DNA of 64,000 bases. Origin: Eledone cirrhosa. Taxonomy: Eukaryota. The position numbers were made by a program, and so were the translations under genes. This document shows positions 1 through 13,300 of this stretch, piece by piece. The notes below the pieces were generated by a model, which did not search any database, was not told where the DNA came from, and worked only from the letters and a program-made list of their open reading frames with translations. Position 1 is the first letter of the stretch. Each line of letters begins with the position of its first letter. The stretch spans positions 35,774,001 to 35,838,000 of the forward strand of contig OZ024758.1 in the NCBI GenBank assembly GCA_964016885.1. The letters run 5' to 3'.

Positions 1-3000
1 ATGGTATTAGTTTGTCAGAAGTAACTCCACTGTTGGTGAGAATTCATTTAAGTCATGGTATTAGTTGTCAGAAGTAACTCCAATGTTGGTGAGAATTCAT
101 TTAAGCCATGGTACTAGCTGTCAGAAGTAACTCCAATGTTGGTGAGAATTCATTTAAGTTCATGGTATTAGCTGTCAGAAGGAACTCCACTGTTGGTGAG
201 AATTCATTTAAGTGCATGGTATTAGCTGCCAGAAGTAACTCCACTGTTGGTGAGAATTCATTTAAGTTCATGGTACTAGCTGTCAGAAGTAACTCCACTG
301 TTGGTGAGAATTCATTTAAGTTCATGGTATTAGTTTGTCAGAAGTACCTCCACTGTTGGTGAGAATTCATTTAAGTCATGGTATTAGTTGTCAGAAGTAA
401 CTCCAATGTTGGTGAGAATTCATTTAAGTTCATGGTATTAGCTGTCAGAAGGAACTCCACTGTTGGTGAGAATTCATTTAAGTTCATGGTATTAGCTGTC
501 AGAAGGAACTCCAATGTTGGTGAGAATTCATTTAAGTCATGGTACTAGCTGTCAGAAGTAACTCCACTGTTGGTGAGAATTCATTTAAGTTCATGGTATT
601 AGCTGTCAGAAGGAACTCCACTGTTGGTGAGAATTCATTTAAGTTCATGGTACTAGCTGTCAGAAGTAACTCCACTGTTGGTGAGAATTCATTTAAGTTC
701 ATGGTATTAGTTTGTCAGAAGTAACTCCACTGTTGGTGAGAATTCATTTAAGTCATGGTATTAGTTGTCAGAAGTAACTCCAATGTTGGTGAGAATTCAT
801 TTAAGCCATGGTACTAGCTGTCAGAAGTAACTCCAATGTTGGTGAAAATTCATTTAAGTTCATGGTATTAGCTGTCAGAACGAACTCCACTGTTGGTGAG
901 AATTAATTTAAGTTCATGGTATTAGCTGTCAGAAGTAACTCCACTGTTGGTGAGAATTCATTTAAGTTCATGGTACTAGCTGTCAGAAGTAACTCCAATG
1001 TTGGTGAGAATTCATTTAAGTTCATGGTATTAGCTGTCAGAAGTAACTCCACTGTTGGTGAGAGTTCATTTAAGTCATGGTATTAGCTGTCAGAAGTAAC
1101 TCCAATGTTGGTGAGAATTCATTTAAGTTCATGGTATTAGCTGTCAGAAGGAACGCCACTGTTGGTGAGAATTCATTTAAGTTCATGGTATTAGCTGTCA
1201 GAAGTAACTCCACTGTTGGTGAGAATTCATTTAAGTTCATGGTACTAGCTGTCAGAAGTAACTCCAATGTTGGTGAGAATTCATTTAAGTTCATGGTATT
1301 AGCTGTCAGAAGGAACTCCACTGTTGGTGAGAATTCATTTAAGTTCATGGTATTAGCTGTCAGAAGTAACTCCACTGTTGGTGAGAATTCATTTAAGTCA
1401 TGGTATTAGCTGTCAGAAGTAACTCCATTGTTGGTGAGAATTCATTTAAGTCATGGTACTAGCTGTCAGAAGTAACTCCAATGTTGGTGAGAATTCATTT
1501 AAGTCATGGTACTAGCTGTCAGAAGTAACTCCAATGTTGGTGAGAATTCATTTAAGTTCATGGTATTAGCTGTCAGAAGGAACTCCACTGTTGGTGAGAA
1601 TTCATTTAAGTTCATGGTATTAGCTGTCAGAAGTAACTCCACTGTTGGTGAGAATTCATTTAAGTTCATGGTATTAGCTGTCAGAAGTAACTCCACTGTT
1701 GGTGAGAATTCATTTAAGTTCATGGTACTAGCTGTCAGAAGTAAATCCAATGTTGGTGAGAATTCATTTAAGTTCATGGTATTAGCTGTCAGAAGTAACT
1801 CCACTGTTGGTGAGAATTCATTTAAGTCATGGTATTAGCTGTCAGAAGTAACTCCAATGTTGGTGAGAATTCATTTAAGTTCATGGTATTAGCTGTCAGA
1901 AGTAACTCCACTGTTGGTGAGAATTCATTTAAGTTCATGGTATTAGCTGTCAGAAGTAACTCCACTGTTGGTGAGAATTCATTTAAGTCATGGTATTAGC
2001 TGTCAGAAGTAACTCCATTGTTGGTGAGAATTCATTTAAGTCATGGTACTAGCTGTCAGAAGTAACTCCAATGTTGGTGAGAATTCATTTAAGTTCATGT
2101 TATTAGCTGTCAGAAGGAACTCCACTGTTGGTGAGAATTCATTTAAGTTCATGGTATTAGCTGTCAGAAGTAACTCCACTGTTGGTGAGAATTCATTTAA
2201 GTTCATGGTATTACCTGTCAGAAGTAACTCCACCGTTGGTGAGAATTCATTTAAGTTCATGGTATTAGCTGTCAGAAGTAACTCCACTGTTGGTGAGAAT
2301 TCATTTAAGTTCATGGTACTAGCTGTCGGAAGTCACTCCACTGTTGGTGAGAATACATTTAAGTTCATGGTATTAGCTGTCAGAAGTCACTCCAATGTTG
2401 GTGAGAATTCATTTAGGTTCATGGTATTAGCTGTCAGAAGTCACTCCACTGTTGGTGAGAATTCATTTAAGTTCATGGTATTAGCTGTCAGAAGTAACTC
2501 CACTGTTGGTGAGAATTCATTTAAGTTCATGGTATTAGCTGTCAGAAGTAACTCCACTGTTGGTGAGAATTCATTTAAGTTCATGGTACTAGCTGTCAGA
2601 AGTAACTCCACTGTTGGTGAGAATTCATTTAAGTTCATGGTATTAGCTGTCAGAAGTCACTCCAATGTTGGTGAGAATTCATTTAGGTTCATGGTATTAG
2701 CTGTCAGAAGTCACTCCACTGTTGGTGAGAATTCATTTAAGTTCATGGTATTAGCTGTCAGAAGTAACTCCACTGTTGGTGAGAATTCATTTAAGTTCAT
2801 GGTACTAGCTGTCAGAAGTAACTCCACTGTTGGTGAGAATTCATTTAAGTTCATGGTATTAGCTGTCAGAAGTCACTCCAATGTTGGTGAGAATTCATTT
2901 AGGTTCATGGTATTAGCTGTCAGAAGTCACTCCACTGTTGGTGAGAATTCATTTAAGTTCATGGTACTAGCTGTCAGAAGTAACCCCAATGTTGGTGAGA

Positions 3001-5222
3001 ATTCATTTAAGTTCATGGTATTAGCTGTCAGAAGTCACTCCAATGTTGGTGAGAATTCATTTAAGTTCATGGTATTAGCTGTCAGAAGTAACTCCACTGT
3101 TGGTGAGAATTCATTTATGTTCATGGTATTAGTTTGTCAGAAGTAACTCCACTGTTGGTGAGAATTCATTTAAGTCATGGTATTAGTTGTCAGAAGTAAC
3201 TCCAATGTTGGTGAGAATTCATTTAAGTTCATGGTATTAGCTGTCAGAAGTCACTCCAATGTTGGTGAGAATTCATTTAAGTTCATGGTATTAGTTGTCA
3301 GAAGGAACTCCAATGTTGGTGAGAATTCATTTAAGTCATGGTACTAGCTGTCAGAAGTAACTCCACTGTTGGTGAGAATTCATTTAAGTTCATGGTATTA
3401 GCTGTCAGAAGGAACGCCACTGTTGGTGAGAATTCATTTAAGTTCATGGCATTAGCTGTCAGAAGTAACTCCACTGTTGGTGAGAATTCATTTAAGTTCA
3501 TGGTACTAGCTGTCAGAAGTAACTCCAATGTTGGTGAGAATTCATTTAAGTGCATGGTATTAGCTGTCAGAAGGAACTCCACTGTTGGTGAGAATTCATT
3601 TAAGTTCATGGTATTAGCTGTCAGAAGTAACTCCACTGTTGGTGAGAATTCATTTAAGTCATGGTATTAGCTGTCAGAAGTAACTCCATTGTTGGTGAGA
3701 ATTCATTTAAGTCATGGTACTAGCTGTCAGAAGTAACTCCAATGTTGGTGAGAATTCATTTAAGTTCATGTTATTAGCTGTCAGAAGGAACTCCACTGTT
3801 GGTGAGAATTCATTTAAGTTCATGGTATTAGCTGTCAGAAGTAACTCCACTGTTGGTGAGAATTCATTTAAGTTCATGGTATTACCTGTCAGAAGTAACT
3901 CCACCGTTGGTGAGAATTCATTTAAGTTCATGGTACTAGCTGTCAGAAGTAACTCCAATGCTGGTGAGAATTCATTTAAGTTCATGGTATTAGCTGTCAG
4001 AAGTAACTCCACTGTTGGTGAGAATTCATTTAAGTTCATGGTATTAGCTGTCAGAAGTAACTCCACTGTTGGTGAGAATTCATTTAAGTTCATGGTATTA
4101 GCTGTCAGAAGTAACTCCACTGTTGGTGAGAATTCATTTAAGTTCATGGTACTAGCTGTCAGAAGTAACTCCAATGTTGGTGAGAATTCATTTAAGTTCA
4201 TGGTATTAGCTGTCAGAAGTAACTCCACTGTTGGTGAGAATTCATTTAAGTCATGGTATTAGCTGTCAGAAGTAACTCCACTGTTGGTGAGAATTCATTT
4301 AAGTTCATGGTATTAGCTGTCAGAAGTAACTCCACTGTTGGTGAGAATTCATTTAAGTTCATGGTACGAGCTGTCAGAAGTAACTCCAATGTTGGTGAGA
4401 ATTCATTTAAGTTCATGGTATTAGCTGTCAGAAGTAACTCCACTGTTGGTGAGAATTCATTTAAGTCATGGTATTAGCTGTCAGAAGTAACTCCACTGTT
4501 GGTGAGAATTCATTTAAGTTCATGGTATTAGCTGTCAGAAGTAACTCCATTGTTGGTGAGAATTCATTTAAGTTCATGGTATTAGCTGTCAGAAGTAACT
4601 CCACTGTGGGTGAGAATTCATTTAAGTTCATGGTATTAGTTTGTCAGAAGTAACTCCATTGTTGGTGAGAATTCATTTAAGTCATGGTATTAGTTGTCAG
4701 AAGTAACTCCAATGTTGGAGAGAATTCATTTAAGTCATGGTACTAGCTGTCAGAAGTAACTCGAATGTTGGTGAGAATTCATTTAAGTTCATGGTATTAG
4801 CTGTCAGAAGTAACTCCACTGTTGGTGAGAATTCATTTAAGTTCATGGTATTAGCTGTCAGAAGTAACTCCACTGTTGGTGAGAATTCATTTAAGTCATG
4901 GTATTAGCTGTCAGAAGTAACTCCAATGTTGGTGAGAATTCATTTAAGTTCATGGTATTAGCTGTCAATAAGTCACTCCACTGTTGGTGAGAATTCATTT
5001 AAGTTCATGGTACTAGCTGTCAGAAGTAACCCCAATGTTGGTGAGAATTCATTTAAGTTCATGGTATTAGCTGTCAGAAGTCACTCCAATGTTGGTGAGA
5101 ATTCATTTAAGTTCATGGTATTAGCTGTCAGAAGTAACTCCACTGTTGGTAAGAATTCATTTAAGTTCATGGTATTAGCTGTCAGAAGTAACTCCACTGT
5201 TGGTGAGAATTCATTTAAGTTC

Positions 5223-6624
5223 ATGGTATTAGCTGTCAGAAGGAACGCCACTGTTGGTGAGAATTCATTTAAGTTCATGGTATTAGCTGTCAGAAGTAAC
5301 GCCACTGTTGGTGAGAATTCATTTAAGTTCATGGTACTAGCTGTCAGAAGTAACTCCAATGTTGGGGAGAATTCATTTAAGTTCATGGTATTAGCTGTCA
5401 GAAGGAACTCCACTGTTGCTGAGAATTCATTTAAGTTCATGGTATTAGCTGTCAGAAGTAACTCCACTGTTGGTGAGAATTCATTTAAGTTCATGGTACT
5501 AGCTGTCAGAAGTAACTCCACTGTTGGTGAGAATTCATTTAAGTTCACGGTATTAGCTGTCAGAAGTAACTCCACTGTTGGTGAGAATTCATTTAAGTTC
5601 ATGGTATTAGCTGACAGAAGTCACTCCACTGTTGGTGAGAATTCATTTATGTTCATGGTATTAGTTTGTCAGAAGTAACTCCACTGTTGGTGAGAATTCA
5701 TTTAAGTCATGGTATTAGTTGTCAGAAGTAACTCCAATGTTGGTGAGAATTCATTTAAGTTCATGGTATTAGCTGTCAGAAGGAACTCCACTGTTGGTGA
5801 GAATTCATTTAAGTTCATGGTATTAGTTGTCAGAAGGAACTCCAATGTTGGTGAGAATTCATTTAAGTCATGGTACTAGCTGTCAGAAGTAACTCCACTG
5901 TTGGTGAGAATTCATTTAAGTTCATGGTATTAGCTGTCAGAAGGAACGCCACTGTTGGTGAGAATTCATTTAAGTTCATGGTATTAGCTGTCAGAAGTAA
6001 CCCCACTGTTGGTGAGAATTCATTTAAGTTCATGGTACTAGCTGTCAGAAGTAACTCCAATGTTGGGGAGAATTCATTTAAGTTCATGGTATTAGCTGTC
6101 AGAAGGAACTCCACTGTTGCTGAGAATTCATTTAAGTTCATGGTATTAGCTGTCAGAAGTAACTCCACTGTTGGTGAGAATTCATTTAAGTTCATGGTAC
6201 TAGCTGTCAGAAGTAACTCCACTGTTGGTGAGAATTCATTTAAGTTCACGGTATTAGCTGTCAGAAGTAACTCCACTGTTGGTGAGAATTCATTTAAGTT
6301 CATGGTATTAGCTGACAGAAGTCACTCCACTGTTGGTGAGAATTCATTTATGTTCATGGTATTAGTTTGTCAGAAGTAACTCCACTGTTGGTGAGAATTC
6401 ATTTAAGTCATGGTATTAGTTGTCAGAAGTAACTCCAATGTTGGTGAGAATTCATTTAAGTTCATGGTATTAGCTGTCAGAAGGAACTCCACTGTTGGTG
6501 AGAATTCATTTAAGTTCATGGTATTAGTTGTCAGAAGGAACTCCAATGTTGGTGAGAATTCATTTAAGTCATGGTACTAGCTGTCAGAAGTAACTCCACT
6601 GTTGGTGAGAATTCATTTAAGTTC
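5223..6624. repeat. Tandem higher-order duplication, period 701 bp (13 monomers, 2 copies)
   Basis: Rare variants recur at a 701-bp offset: GTTGGGGAG (~5361/6062), TTCACGG (~5544/6245), CTGACAG (~5611/6312) and TTTATGTTC. ORF ends are 5678 and 6379. Confidence 0.9.
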
Positions 6625-9600
6625 ATGGTATTAGCTGTCAGAAGGAACGCCACTGTTGGTGAGAATTCATTTAAGTTCATGGTATTAGCTGTCAGAAGTA
6701 ACTCCACTGTTGGTGAGAATTCATTTAAGTTCATGGTACTAGCTGTCAGAAGTAACTCCAATGTTGGTGAGAATTCATTTAAGTGCATGGTATTAGCTGT
6801 CAGAAGGAACTCCACTGTTGGTGAGAATGCATTTAAGTTCATGGTATTAGCTCTCAGAAGTAACTCCACTGTTGGTGAGAATTCATTTAAGTCATGGTAT
6901 TAGCTGTCAGAAGTAACTCCATTGTTGGTGAGAATTCATTTAAGTCATGGTACTAGCTGTCAGAAGTAACTCCAATGTTGGTGAGAATTCATTTAAGTTC
7001 ATGTTATTAGCTGTCAGAAGGAACTCCACTGTTGGTGAGAATTCATTTAAGTTCATGGTATTAGCTGTCAGAAGTAACTCCACCGTTGGTGAGAATTCAT
7101 TTAAGTTCATGGTACAAGCTGTCAGAAGTAACTCCAATGCTGGTGAGAATTCATTTAAGTTCATGGTATTAGCTGTCAGAAGTAACTCCACTGTTGGTGA
7201 GAATTCATTTAAGTTCATGGTATTAGCTGTCAGAAGTAACTCCACTGTTGGTGAGAATTCATTTAAGTTCATGGTATTAGCTGTCAGAAGTAACTCCACT
7301 GTTGGTGAGAATTCATTTAAGTTCATGGTACTAGCTGTCAGAAGTAACTCCAATGTTGGTGAGAATTCATTTAAGTTCATGGTATTAGCTGTCAGAAGTA
7401 ACTCCACTGTTGGTGAGAATTCATTTAAGTCATGGTATTAGCTGTCAGAAGTAACTCCACTGTTGGTGAGAATTCATTTAAGTTCATGGTATTAGCTGTC
7501 AGAAGTAACTCCACTGTTGGTGAGAATTCATTTAAGTTCATGGTACTAGCTGTCAGAAGTAACTCCAATGTTGGTGAGAATTCATTTAAGTTCATGGTAT
7601 TAGCTGTCAGAAGTAACTCCACTGTTGGTGAGAATTCATTTAAGTCATGGTATTAGCTGTCAGAAGTAACTCCACTGTTGGTGAGAATTCATTTAAGTTC
7701 ATGGTATTAGCTGTCAGAAGTAACTCCACTGTTGGTGAGAATTCATTTAAGTTCATGGTATTAGCTGTCAGAAGTAACTCCACTGTGGGTGAAAATTCAT
7801 TTAAGTTCATGGTATTAGTTTGTCAGAAGTAACTGCACTGTTGGTGAGAATTCATTTAAGTCATGGTATTAGTTGTCAGAAGTAACTCCAATGTTGGTGA
7901 GAATTCATTTAAGTTCATGGTACTAGCTGTCAGAAGTAACTCCACTGTTGGTGAGAATTCATTTAAGTTCATGGTAATAGCTGTCAGAAGTAACTCCACT
8001 GTTGGTGAGAATTCATTTAAGTCATGGTATTAGCTGTCAGAAGTAACTCCAATGTTGGTGAGAATTCATTTAAGTTCATGGTATTAGCTGTCAATAAGTC
8101 ACTCCACTGTTGGTGAGAATTCATTTAAGTTCATGGTACTAGCTGTCAGAAGTAACCCCAATGTTGGTGAGAATTCATTTAAGTTCATGGTATTAGCTGT
8201 CAGAAGTCACTCCAATGTTGGTGAGAATTCATTTAAGTTCATGGTATTAGCTGTCAGAAGTAACTCCACTGTTGGTAAGAATTCATTTAAGTTCATGGTA
8301 TTAGCTGTCAGAAGTAACTCCAGTGTTGGTGAGAATTCATTTAAGTTCATGGTATTAGCTGTTAGAAGGAACGCCACTGTTGGTGAGAATTCATTTAAGT
8401 TCATGGTATTAGCTGTCAGAAGTAACTCCACTGTTGGTGAGAATTCATTTAAGTTCATGGTACTAGCTGTCAGAAGTAACTCCAATGTTGGGGAGAATTC
8501 ATTTAAGTTCATGGTATTAGCTGTCAGAAGGAACTCCACTGTTGCTGAGAATTCATTTAAGTTCATGGTACTAGCTGTCAGAAGTAACTCCACTGTTGGT
8601 GAGAATTCATTTAAGTTCATGGTATTAGCTGTCAGAAGTAACTCCACTGTTGGTGAGAATTCATTTAAGTTCATGGTATTAGCTGACAGAAGTCACTCCA
8701 CTGTTGGTGAGAATTCATTTAAGTTCATGGTACTAGCTGTCAGAAGTAACTCCAATGTTGGTGAGAATTCATTTAAGTTTATGGTATTAGCTGTCAGAAG
8801 TAACTCCACTGTTGGTGAGAATTCATTTAAGTTCATGGTATTAGCTGTCAGAGGTAACTCCACTGTTGGTGAGAATTCATTTAAGTTCATGGTATTAGCT
8901 GTCAGAAGTAACTCCACTGTTGGTGAGAATTCATTTAAGTTCATGGTACTAGCTGTCAGAAGTAACTCCAATGTTGGTGAGAATTCATTTAAGTTCATGG
9001 TATTAGCTGTCAGAAGTAACTCCACTGTTGGTGAGAATTCATTTAAGTCATGGTATTAGCTGTCAGAAGTAACTCCACAGTTGGTGAGAATTCATTTAAG
9101 TTCATGGTATTAGCTGTCAGAAGTAACTCCACTGTTGGTGAGAATTCATTTAAGTTCATGGTATTAGCTGTCAGAAGTAACTCCACTGTTGGTGAGAATT
9201 CATTTAAGTTCATGGTATTAGCTGTCAGAAGGAACTCCACTGTTGGTGAGAATTCATTTAAGTTCATGGTACTAGCTGTCAGAAGTAACTCCACTGTTGG
9301 TGAGAATTCATTTAAGTTCATGGTATTAGTTTGTCAGAAGTAACTCCACTGTTGGTGAGAATTCATTTAAGTCATGGTATTAGTTGTCAGAAGTAACTCC
9401 AATGTTGGTGAGAATTCATTTAAGCCATGGTACTAGCTGTCAGAAGTAACTCCAATGTTGGTGAGAATTCATTTAAGTTCATGTTATTATCTGTCAGAAC
9501 GAACTCCACTGTTGGTGAGAATTCATTTAAGTTCATGGTATTAGCTGTCAGAAGTAACTCCACTGTTGGTGAGAATTCATTTAAGTTCATGGTATTAGCT

Positions 9601-10396
9601 GTCAGAAGTAACTCCACTGTGGGTGAGAATTCATTTAAGTTCATGGTATTAGTTTGTCAGAAGTAACTGCACTGTTGGTGAGAATTCATTTAAGTCATGG
9701 TATTAGTTGTCAGAAGTAACTCCAATGTTGGTGAGAATTCATTTAAGTTCATGGTACTAGCTGTCAGAAGTAACTCCACTGTTGGTGAGAATTCATTTAA
9801 GTTCATGGTAATAGCTGTCAGAAGTAACTCCACTGTTGGTGAGAATTCATTTAAGTCATGGTATTAGCTGTCAGAAGTAACTCCAATGTTGGTGAGAATT
9901 CATTTAAGTCATGGTACTAGCTGTCAGAAGTAACTCCAATGTTGGTGAGAATTCATTTAAGTTCATGGTATTAGCTGTCAGAAGTAACTCCACTGTTGGT
10001 GAGAATTCATTTAAGTTCATGGTATTAGCTGTCAGAAGTAACTCCACTGTTGGTGAGAATTCATTTAAGTCATGGTATTAGCTGTCAGAAGTAACTCCAA
10101 TGTTGGTGAGAATTCATTTAAGTTCATGGTATTAGCTGTCAATAAGTCACTCCACTGTTGGTGAGAATTCATTTAAGTTCATGGTACTAGCTGTCAGAAG
10201 TAACCTCAATGTTGGTGAGAATTCATTTAAGTTCATGGTATTAGCTGTCAGAAGTCACTCCAATGTTGGTGAGAATTCATTTAAGTTCATGGTATTAGCT
10301 GTCAGAAGTAACTCCACTGTTGGTAAGAATTCATTTAAGTTCATGGTATTAGCTGTCAGAAGTAACTCCACTGTTGGTGAGAATTCATTTAAGTTC

Positions 10397-13300
10397 ATGG
10401 TATTAGCTGTCAGAAGGAACGCCACTGTTGGTGAGAATTCATTTAAGTTCATGGTATTAGCTGTCAGAAGTAACTCCACTGTTGGTGAGAATTCATTTAA
10501 GTTCATGGTACTAGCTGTCAGAAGTAACTCCAATGTTGGGGAGAATTCATTTAAGTTCATGGTATTAGCTGTCAGAAGGAACTCCACTGTTGCTGAGAAT
10601 TCATTTAAGTTCATGGTATTAGCTGTCAGAAGTAAGTCCACTGTTGGTGAGAATTCATTTAAGTTCATGGTACTAGCTGTCAGAAGTAACTCCACTGTTG
10701 GTGAGAATTCATTTAAGTTCATGGTATTAGCTGTCAGAAGTAACTCCACTGTTGGTGAGAATTCATTTAAGTTCATGGTATTAGCTGACAGAAGTCACTC
10801 CACTGTTGGTGAGAATTCATTTAAGTTCATGGTACTAGCTGTCAGAAGTAACTCCAATGTTGGTGAGAATTCATTTAAGTTTATGGTATTAGCTGTCAGA
10901 AGTAACTCCACTGTTGGTGAGAATTCATTTAAGTTCATGGTATTAGCTGTCAGAGGTAACTCCACTGTTGGTGAGAATTCATTTAAGTTCATGGTATTAG
11001 CTGTCAGAAGTAACTCCACTGTTGGTGAGAATTCATTTAAGTTCATGGTACTAGCTGTCAGAAGTAACTCCAATGTTGGTGAGAATTCATTTAAGTTCAT
11101 GGTATTAGCTGTCAGAAGTAACTCCACTGTTGGTGAGAATTCATTTAAGTCATGGTATTAGCTGTCAGAAGTAACTGCACAGTTGGTGAGAATTCATTTA
11201 AGTTCATGGTATTAGCTGTCAGAAGTAACTCCACTGTTGGTGAGAATTCATTTAAGTTCATGGTATTAGCTGTCAGAAGTAACTCCACTGTTGGTGAGAA
11301 TTCATTTAAGTTCATGGTATTAGCTGTCAGAAGGAACTCCACTGTTGGTGAGAATTCATTTAAGTTCATGGTACTAGCTGTCAGAAGTAACTCCACTGTT
11401 GGTGAGAATTCATTTAAGTTCATGGTATTAGTTTGTCAGAAGTAACTCCACTGTTGGTGAGAATTCATTTAAGTCATGGTATTAGTTGTCAGAAGTAACT
11501 CCAATGTTGGTGAGAATTCATTTAAGCCATGGTACTAGCTGTCAGAAGTAACTCCAATGTTGGTGAGAATTCATTTAAGTTCATGTTATTATCTGTCAGA
11601 ACGAACTCCACTGTTGGTGAGAATTCATTTAAGTTCATGGTATTAGCTGTCAGAAGTAACTCCACTGTTGGTGAGAATTCATTTAAGTTCATGGTACTAG
11701 CTGTCAGAAGTAACTCCAATGTTGGTGAGAATTCATTTAAGTTCATGGTATTAGCTGTCAGAAGTAACTCCACTGTTGGTGAGAGTTCATTTAAGTCATG
11801 GTATTAGCTGTCAGAAGTAACTCCAATGTTGGTGAGAATTCATTTAAGTTCATGGTATTAGCTGTCAGAAGTAACTCCACTGTTGGTGAGAATTCATTTA
11901 AGTTCATGGTATTAGCTGTCAGAAGTAACTCCACTGTTGGTGAGAATTCATTTAAGTTCATGGTACTAGCTGTCAGAAGTAACTCCACTGTTGGTGAGAA
12001 TTCATTTAAGTTCATGGTATTAGTTTGTCAGAAGTAACTCCACTGTTGGTGAGAATTCATTTAAGTCATGGTATTAGTTGTCAGAAGTAACTCCAATGTT
12101 GGTGAGAATTCATTTAAGTTCATGGTATTAGCTGTCAGAAGGAACTCCACTGTTGGTGAGAATTCATTTAAGTTCATGGTATTAGCTGTCAGAAGGAACT
12201 CCAATGTTGGTGAGAATTCATTTAAGTCATGGTACTAGCTGTCAGAAGTCACTCCACTGTTGGTGAGAATTCATTTAAGTTCATGGTATTAGCTGTCAGA
12301 AGTAACTCCACTGTTGGTGAGAATTCATTTAAGTTCATGGTACTAGCTGTCAGAAGTAACTCCAATGTTGGTGAGAATTCATTTAAGTTCATGGTATTAG
12401 CTGTCAGAAGGAACTCCACTGTTGGTGAGAATTCATTTAAGTTCATGGTATTAGCTGTCAGAAGTAACTCCACTGTTGGTGAGAATTCATTTAAGTCATG
12501 GTATTAGCTGTCAGAAGTAACTCCATTGTTGGTGAGAATTCATTTAAGTCATGGTACTAGCTGTCAGAAGTAACTCCAATGTTGGTGAGAATTCATTTAA
12601 GTCATGGTACTAGCTGTCAGAAGTAACTCCAATGTTGGTGAGAATTCATTTAAGTTCATGGTATTAGCTGTCAGAAGGAACTCCACTGTTGGTGAGAATT
12701 CATTTAAGTTCATGGTATTAGCTGTCAGAAGTAACTCCACTGTTGGTGAGAATTCATTTAAGTTCATGGTATTAGCTGTCATAAGTAACTCCACTGTTGG
12801 TGAGAATTCATTTAAGTTCATGGTACTAGCTGTCAGAAGTAACTCCAATGTTGGTGAGAATTCATTTAAGTTCATGGTATTAGCTGTCAGAAGTAACTCC
12901 ACTGTTGGTGAGAATTCATTTAAGTCATGGTATTAGCTGTCAGAAGTAACTCCAATGTTGGTGAGAATTCATTTAAGTTCATGGTATTAGCTGTCAGAAG
13001 TAACTCCACTGTTGGTGAGAATTCATTTAAGTTCATGGTATTAGCTGTCAGAAGTAACTCCACTGTTGGTGAGAATTCATTTAAGTTCATGGTACTAGCT
13101 GTCAGAAGTAACTCCACTGTTGGTGAGAATTCATTTAAGTTCATGGTATTAGTTTGTCAGAAGTAACCCCACTGTTGGTGAGAATTCATTCAAGTCATGG
13201 TATTAGTTGTCAGAAGTAACTCCAATGTTGGTGAGAATTCATTTAAGTTCATGGTACTAGCTGTCAGAAGTAAATCCACTGTTGGTGAGAATTCATTTAA

